Part shown: piece after piece, positions 37,518-43,003 of the stretch
Position numbering within the stretch: position 1 is the first letter of the stretch
Layout: every line of letters begins with the position of its first letter
IMG/VR virus record: IMGVR_UViG_2597490185_000004
Span: 1-43,003 of that record
Length of the DNA stretch: 43,003 nucleotides
Origin: a virus
Direction: 5' to 3' (one strand)
Notes under the pieces: generated by a model
Seen by the model: the letters and a program-made list of their open reading frames with translations, nothing else
Told to the model about the DNA's origin: nothing
Databases searched by the model: none
Translations under genes and position numbers: made by a program

Positions 37518-37532
37518 ATAAAATCCTTTTAA

Positions 37533-37550
37533 TAGGTATTAAAATACCTA
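37533..37550. promoter_or_regulatory. 18-bp palindromic operator-like box
   Basis: TAGGTA-TTAAAA-TACCTA, within the longer palindrome TTAATAGGTATT-AA-AATACCTATTAA upstream of the portal gene. Confidence 0.7.
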
Positions 37551-37556
37551 TTAATT

Positions 37557-38816
37557 TTAGCGTGAACCACCGAGAATAGTGCGCTCTTTAATCGGGAATC
37601 TTCTGTGAATTGGGTAGCCAATCGCATCGGTACTATGCTCTACGCCTGCTGCCTTATCAACATCCCTTGAACCCGGCTTGTAAATTACCTTTTCAAATGA
37701 TTCTATCAGGTGTTTACACTTAGGATCTATGTAGAGCCTAACTGTGCCTGCCGCACTCATCAACATACGGTTTGTGGAGTTAACACGATCTGCAATAGGC
37801 GGGTGTTTCTTCGGGAAATCGATTCTGGTGAAACCTTTTTCCTTAAAAATATCGATATCCGACTCACCACGCGCATGTTGGCGATAACTGCCAGCCGGGT
37901 CAGGGAAAATAACGACCTGACTTTTCCAACGCCAATAACGCCGCTCAATCTCATCACAGACCTCTGCTGTATTTGATGAAAACAGTACAATCTCATCAAT
38001 CGCCCACAATTCTCCGTTCGGCTGAGGTTGCAATACAACAGACGACATAGGATCGATGTTAAAGTCCTGTCCTATCCATATCGGCAGTTTAGGGTTGAAC
38101 TCACACTCCCTGACATGTGTCTTGCATTCAAACGGATAGTAAACACGCCCCGACATATTCTCGAACGAAGCAAGGTATTCCTGCGCAAATGATTTAGGGT
38201 CCATATCCTCGCGAGCCGCCTCAATCTCAGACTCAGGAACAAACGGAGAATCTGCGGTAACAAACTGCCAGCTTTTCCAGTGCCCTTTTTTCTGCATCGA
38301 TTTACTCTGCCCGATAGTCCACAGCTTATGAAATGCCGAGTAACCTTTCGGTGTACCAATGATTAACGCCTCACCTTTTGTAGATGAAAGAGTAGGACGA
38401 ATAACCTTGTACCAAGTATCAGGCTTCATATCCTGAAATTCATCAAGTACAACAAAGTTCAATGCAACACCACGAAGCGTATCAGGCTTATCAGCACCTT
38501 TTAATGCCAACTCACTGCCATTTTTCAACACAATGGTCATTGTGGTATCGTTTTTCTTCCTGACCCACTTACGAGGGATCAGCTCTTGCAAATCATCCCA
38601 AAGGATTTGTCTCGCCATCTGGTATGTTGGCGCAATATACCAAACACGTTGCTTAGGGGCTTTGATGGCGGATTTCATCAATTTTGAGATCGATAAACGC
38701 GACTTACCCCAACGACGGCCAGCACACACCACTTTAAAACGGTGAGGCGACTTAAAGACTGACATTTGACCGCTGTGGAGCTGAACGAGTTGAAGCCCCT
38801 TATTAACCTGAGACAT
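37557..38816 (-). CDS. terL: Terminase large subunit
   Basis: LHSGQ, Walker A AGRRWGKS, LRG, Walker B VVLDEF, IGTPKG, and nuclease-domain GQDFN and HSTDAIGY. Confidence 0.96.
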   Translation of the reverse strand: MSQVNKGLQLVQLHSGQMSVFKSPHRFKVVCAGRRWGKSRLSISKLMKSAIKAPKQRVWYIAPTYQMARQILWDDLQELIPRKWVRKKNDTTMTIVLKNGSELALKGADKPDTLRGVALNFVVLDEFQDMKPDTWYKVIRPTLSSTKGEALIIGTPKGYSAFHKLWTIGQSKSMQKKGHWKSWQFVTADSPFVPESEIEAAREDMDPKSFAQEYLASFENMSGRVYYPFECKTHVRECEFNPKLPIWIGQDFNIDPMSSVVLQPQPNGELWAIDEIVLFSSNTAEVCDEIERRYWRWKSQVVIFPDPAGSYRQHARGESDIDIFKEKGFTRIDFPKKHPPIADRVNSTNRMLMSAAGTVRLYIDPKCKHLIESFEKVIYKPGSRDVDKAAGVEHSTDAIGYPIHRRFPIKERTILGGSR

Positions 38817-39421
38817 TACTCACCCCCGTCACTTTCTTCATCATCGTCGAGGTCGAGTTCTTCTGATAGATCTACAGGTTCATCTGATTTACGCAGCTCA
38901 GCCACTTGGCTCTGTGTCAGTTCACCGAACATCAGTGATGGCAGGTCGTCTTCTTCAACATCCACTTTATCCATATTGAGTGCTTTACTGGATACCTCAA
39001 AGCACTTACTGAGCGTGATGGATGCACGTTGCAACGCTTTTATATTGGCTTCACGCTCGGCGAAGCCAATTAATCCACCACCCGTTGCAGTAGATTTAGA
39101 GCCTTCGGTTACTTCTCGCATCAGTAACGCCGCAATGTTGAAAGCGAAGCGGTCATATTTGCCTCGTCTTTCTTCAATCAATGCGGTTCGTTCTTTTGCC
39201 CGGATCTCCGCTTCAGATTTGATTGCATCACGAACCAGCTTTCCTACCGCGTCAGTGCCTTTCACAACCTTCCGTTTTTTGAAATGCCGTGATAGCGTTT
39301 CGCGTCTTACCCCGAAACGCTCTTCCAACTGAGATAACGAAAATTCACCGGAAGACCACGCTGCTTCTGCTTCCGCCCATTGTGAAGCAGAAAGCCGTGT
39401 CCTTTCTTCTTTGGTAGTCAC
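38816..39421 (-). CDS. Putative terminase small subunit
   Basis: N-terminal HTH (SLSQLEERFGVRRETLSRH) and acidic C-terminus; coupled to terL. Confidence 0.75.
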   Translation of the reverse strand: MTTKEERTRLSASQWAEAEAAWSSGEFSLSQLEERFGVRRETLSRHFKKRKVVKGTDAVGKLVRDAIKSEAEIRAKERTALIEERRGKYDRFAFNIAALLMREVTEGSKSTATGGGLIGFAEREANIKALQRASITLSKCFEVSSKALNMDKVDVEEDDLPSLMFGELTQSQVAELRKSDEPVDLSEELDLDDDEESDGGE

Positions 39422-39566
39422 TCGAAAATTCCTTTTTCCGCAGTGTTAATGTAAAAGCCTTGCTCCCATAATATGTATATTAATTTCTTATTTAAAAAAT
39501 AACTAAACATTCAATTTTTGTTATTTTCATTAATTACCAATATATATTATTTATATCAAGGTATTA

Positions 39567-39833
39567 TTAACTATACATTTTTGCAACCGCAGAACCGAGA
39601 TCAGTCAGTTTATAAACGACACGGTTGTATGCACCACCAGCGGAACGTTTTCTCAAACCACCTTTAATTACGAATCCTTTTTTAATCAAAGCACGGATAG
39701 AAAACTGCATTGATTGCTTTGTCGTTTTGTAAGGCAGCATTTCCAGTAATTCATCCATATCAACCGGATTCTCTCTTTCCATTCCAATCCATACAGTGCG
39801 GATAATCATTTTTTGTTTTTCTGTAACGTCCAT
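39567..39833 (-). CDS. Small winged-helix DNA-binding protein
   Basis: VTEKQKMII...MDELLEML...SMQFSIRALIKKGFV is a LexA-N/MarR-like wHTH pattern. There is no peptidase domain. Confidence 0.65.
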   Translation of the reverse strand: MDVTEKQKMIIRTVWIGMERENPVDMDELLEMLPYKTTKQSMQFSIRALIKKGFVIKGGLRKRSAGGAYNRVVYKLTDLGSAVAKMYS

Positions 39834-39846
39834 GTTGTATTCCTTT

Positions 39847-40752
39847 CTACAAAATCATTTTTAAGCGTTCTAAATCCATTCCTGAGCGCACTTCTTGATT
39901 ATCAAATGCCAGAAGTGGTATTTCACTCGGAAGCGTTTTCCCGAAGTCTGGATTGCGATATGCGCCATACAACGGGGTTGTAAAGCTGAGGTTGTGAATT
40001 TCCTTGAGTAATTTCACCATCGCTTCTTCGGTTATTAGCGTGTCAAGAATGTTCTGAATAGTTGTGCCACGGTTACGACCCGCTTTCGCCAAAGACGAAT
40101 TCTTGTGGTAGTTGGCAGTCAAATCAGCCAGTGCTCGGCGACGGCGTGTTTCCGTCATGGCAAACAATTCTCCCACGATTGCCTCGGTATCACCGGCATC
40201 CGAACGGAAGTGACGCTGATAAACCCGCAATGCGCTTTCGTAGGTTTTCGGACGCTCCGGTCGAATAAATTCAAATCCGGCTTTCATGGCAAACGGATTG
40301 TATTTGCTCATAGAGGATTGAATCTCAATGATCGACTTATCGTGCATACGAGAAGCGATATTGACTAGCCGGTAACTGATTCCTAACCCACGGTAAAGAG
40401 TGTCAACCACACAACGACTTATCACTGCAAAGTTGGCATTCACATACTTACCCCAATACTGGTTCGCCACCGTTGTATTGGTTGTTGGTTTCAACTTAGG
40501 AAACATCCGGTGGCGCGGTGCAAGCAACAGCTTCGGATATGCCATCACGACAACACCGACCAGACGGTCGCCAATCGTGCATTTGTAGTAACATGGCGCG
40601 AATGGCTTACTGTCAGTCTTGTAGTGAAGTGATTTCAATTCATGCCAGTCTTCAATCGTGCCTTTCGACACGATCATTTCTTTCATAAAATCGAGGTGCT
40701 TCGGGAAGTACTCCTCATTATAGCGTTGGATCACCGTACTGCTCATGCTCAA
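39847..40752 (-). CDS. GNAT-fold acyltransferase (Mom-like candidate)
   Basis: LHY, RLVGVVV, ISRCVVDTLYRGLGIS (GNAT motif A) and PFAMKAGF (motif B). Confidence 0.75.
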   Translation of the reverse strand: MSMSSTVIQRYNEEYFPKHLDFMKEMIVSKGTIEDWHELKSLHYKTDSKPFAPCYYKCTIGDRLVGVVVMAYPKLLLAPRHRMFPKLKPTTNTTVANQYWGKYVNANFAVISRCVVDTLYRGLGISYRLVNIASRMHDKSIIEIQSSMSKYNPFAMKAGFEFIRPERPKTYESALRVYQRHFRSDAGDTEAIVGELFAMTETRRRRALADLTANYHKNSSLAKAGRNRGTTIQNILDTLITEEAMVKLLKEIHNLSFTTPLYGAYRNPDFGKTLPSEIPLLAFDNQEVRSGMDLERLKMIL

Positions 40753-41396
40753 CCCTCCGTCGCGTAATCAACTTTCACACGCTCTTTGTAGTGTTTGGTG
40801 ATAGTGATACCCGGACGTAAGGCATTGATCAGGTCTTCATGAGTGGTGGCTACCATCACGGTAGCACCAATTTTACGCGCCGCTCTCTGGAAGTTAGAAG
40901 TGACCGCCTGAGCTGTTACACGATCCAATACAGCACCGAACTCATCTGCCGCCCACACATTCGCGCCAGACTCGATCAGTTTTGCGATTTTTAATCGGTA
41001 ACGCTGTCCATCAGACATCTCGGATGGCTTGCGAATAAACAGGTAAGCATCGTTGAGTCCGGCCATCGACAGCAGACTTAATGCCTCTGCGGTTGTCTTA
41101 CCGACCTGATCAATGACGTTTTTATCATCGTCAAAGGTAATATCATCAATGGATGCAACAGTTTTTCCTTCATCTTTCATCAGGCGTTGCAATTCACGCA
41201 AGATCACAGATTTGCCTGAACCTGATTGCCCTGTGATATAAACAACATCCCCCTGGTCTATTTTGACTGGCAGATTGTCGTATAAAGTGAATTGGTTATC
41301 GTCCATTCCTAAGCCGAAAGATTCCGCCACCTCGAGTGTGCGAGTAGTTTTAGTGACACGGGTATCAAATGAAACGTTAATCAGATAGTCGCTCAT
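40749..41396 (-). CDS. Soluble ABC-family ATPase
   Basis: Walker A GQSGSGKS, signature MSDGQ, Walker B WAADEF and H-loop ATTHE. No permease gene is nearby. Confidence 0.88.
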   Translation of the reverse strand: MSDYLINVSFDTRVTKTTRTLEVAESFGLGMDDNQFTLYDNLPVKIDQGDVVYITGQSGSGKSVILRELQRLMKDEGKTVASIDDITFDDDKNVIDQVGKTTAEALSLLSMAGLNDAYLFIRKPSEMSDGQRYRLKIAKLIESGANVWAADEFGAVLDRVTAQAVTSNFQRAARKIGATVMVATTHEDLINALRPGITITKHYKERVKVDYATEG

Positions 41397-42067
41397 GACT
41401 GCTCTCCGTACACTTCCTGAGAAACTTTGTCAGCAAACGCCAGAAATGCGTCCAGACCCTCTTTTCCCGTAGTTTCTTCCATGTAGGCGAGTAAATCCCC
41501 AACGATAATTGCGGAGCTGGCAGGGATGGATTTAAAGCCCATTACGTCACTGAGACGAACGTCTTCTTTTGCGACTTCATGAGTGATTTCGTCGCGTTCC
41601 TCTTTCTGACGGTCGGTTTCCAGTGACAGATCAGACACCAAATCGTCGGTAGCCATTGAGCCAGCCATATCTTCAACCAGAACACTTAATTCACGCTCAG
41701 AAAAACCGTATACGGCTACGTCATTGTCGATCAGCCCTTTCAGTTCTTCTTGTAAAAGCAATGCGTCATAATCGGTGCTGGATAAGCGGTTATCTTCGAG
41801 TCGTTTGGCCGCGACTTCTTTTTCGCCGAGATCGTCACGAATAATGACGGGTACTTTTGCCAGACCCGCAAAAATAGAGGCTTCGGTACGACCATGACCG
41901 GTGATAATCACCATATATTTATCAACAGTGATAGGCTGATCGAAACCACGCTTTTTAATCGCTTCGGCAAGGTCTTTAATTTGTTGTTCGTTGTGCTTTT
42001 TCGCATTCTTCTCATACGGAATAAGCGTTCGCGGGTCTAAATAAACGATCTCAAATTTCTTTTCCAT
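41393..42067 (-). CDS. ParB/Sulfiredoxin N-terminal domain protein
   Basis: LIPYEKNAKKH, GFDQPITVD, IITGHGR and RLEDNRL. Confidence 0.85.
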   Translation of the reverse strand: MEKKFEIVYLDPRTLIPYEKNAKKHNEQQIKDLAEAIKKRGFDQPITVDKYMVIITGHGRTEASIFAGLAKVPVIIRDDLGEKEVAAKRLEDNRLSSTDYDALLLQEELKGLIDNDVAVYGFSERELSVLVEDMAGSMATDDLVSDLSLETDRQKEERDEITHEVAKEDVRLSDVMGFKSIPASSAIIVGDLLAYMEETTGKEGLDAFLAFADKVSQEVYGEQS

Positions 42068-42768
42068 CAGCGCACTTCCTTGTATTTTTCAGCAATCATC
42101 AGCAGAGCTTCGCCGGCATCTTCCATTTTGTTACCGGTCTTAATGACTTCGTCACGGATCACTGCTGCAATAACGGCTTCGATTGTTTCTGCCGCTTCCG
42201 TTGTCACTTTGAAACGCATGGTTTGGTAGGCGCTTGTCTCGCTTTTTTCAGCACGTTCACACAGAGACTCAGAGTCGGATTCATCCATCCCTGTTCCGGT
42301 GCCCATTTCGCTACTCAACGCCTCTAACTCACGAAACGCAGCTTCGGTTGAAATGGTTGGCATAACATCGTTGAGAATGTCGTCAATAGGAGCAAGGTCA
42401 GCAAAGTTGTAGGAGATATCCGCCTGAATGTCCTCCAGCAGTCGGGCGAAACTTTCAGCATCGTCTTCACCGTATCGCTCGTTATCGATAACCGAGATTT
42501 GTTTTGCCGTGGAATCATCGATCACGCCTAAATTGGCAATTATGATAGTCGGCATTTTGAGTTCTACAGCGATTCTCCAACGATGCTCGCCGCCCAAGAT
42601 CTCGTATTTGTCGCCAACCTCACGAACAATGACAGGCTTGAATAAACCGAGTCGTGTTACTGACTCTTTAAGCTTATCCATGTTCATCAACGGAACACTG
42701 TTCGTATTCCAGCCGTTAGGAACAAGTAACCCCGTCTTTACCTCTAAAAATTTAGTTTTACTTTCCAT
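42067..42768 (-). CDS. ParB/Sulfiredoxin N-terminal domain protein
   Basis: LVPNGWNTN, GLFKPVIVRE, YEILGGEHRWR and DNERYG. Confidence 0.85.
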   Translation of the reverse strand: MESKTKFLEVKTGLLVPNGWNTNSVPLMNMDKLKESVTRLGLFKPVIVREVGDKYEILGGEHRWRIAVELKMPTIIIANLGVIDDSTAKQISVIDNERYGEDDAESFARLLEDIQADISYNFADLAPIDDILNDVMPTISTEAAFRELEALSSEMGTGTGMDESDSESLCERAEKSETSAYQTMRFKVTTEAAETIEAVIAAVIRDEVIKTGNKMEDAGEALLMIAEKYKEVR

Positions 42769-42791
42769 TGTATTTTTTCCATACTTTTACA

Positions 42792-42809
42792 TAAGTATTC
42801 ACTTACTTA
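42792..42809. promoter_or_regulatory. 18-bp palindromic operator-like box in a divergent promoter region
   Basis: TAAGTA-TTCACT-TACTTA, with a minus-strand TATACT adjacent. Confidence 0.7.
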
Positions 42810-42846
42810 GTATAGTGATTTTTTCATAAAACATAAGGTCTTATTC

Positions 42847-43003
42847 ATGAATATCGTTATTGCATACAACGCAGTTAACGCATTAGTCAGCAAAAATGCT
42901 GACGAAAGCGTATTGCGTTGTATTCAGGATTCACTGAACTATGAGGTGGATGGGGCGCAGTATAAATCGAGTGGATGGGATGGCAAATCAACGATGTTCA
43001 ATT
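42847..43003 (+). CDS. Partial ORF running off the window edge; possibly an SF2 helicase N-terminus
   Basis: ATG at 42847 after TAAGGT: MNIVIAYNAVNALVSKNADESVLRCIQDSLNYEVDGAQYKSSGWDGKSTMFN. The helicase call rests only on recalled similarity and synteny, as no helicase motif is visible. Confidence 0.5.
   Translation, partial: MNIVIAYNAVNALVSKNADESVLRCIQDSLNYEVDGAQYKSSGWDGKSTMFN

Noticed and set aside
1-43003. CRISPR arrays, tRNA/rRNA genes, integrase/att sites, reverse transcriptase or invertase systems
   Set aside because: I recognised no regularly spaced repeat-spacer array, RNA gene or such enzyme motif by eye. Small RNAs cannot be excluded without covariance searches.

Overview
This window is about 43 kb of a large temperate siphovirus. 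It is most likely a phage-plasmid, since gene order and several hypothetical proteins resemble the SSU5/pHCM2 group from memory. The host is probably Xenorhabdus/Photorhabdus-like, inferred from MurB/BirA and the cargo style. Almost all genes are on the minus strand. From right to left they are: two ParB/Srx-like genes, a soluble ABC ATPase, a GNAT, a winged-helix protein, terminase, portal, scaffold, capsid, connector, lambda-like tail genes, tail fibre, a holin/endolysin/spanin cassette and a ParA partition pair. Two foreign inserts interrupt the backbone. (1) An orphan type VI secretion cassette (TssF-like, VgrG, VRR-NUC/TseV-like nuclease effector, DUF3396-like immunity, PAAR) sits next to a Tn3 transposase scar. 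(2) The chromosomal housekeeping pair murB-birA sits between tail genes I and J. It is bracketed by two transposase-less miniature elements and a 20-bp duplication of a phage terminator hairpin. Signals not in the ORF track include an 18-bp palindrome TARGTA-N6-TACYTA found 9 times ahead of phage genes, a truncated Hfq/Sm-like ORF at the left edge, and two candidate -1 frameshifts (major tail protein, tail chaperone). All protein assignments come from motif recognition and synteny by eye. No searches were run.
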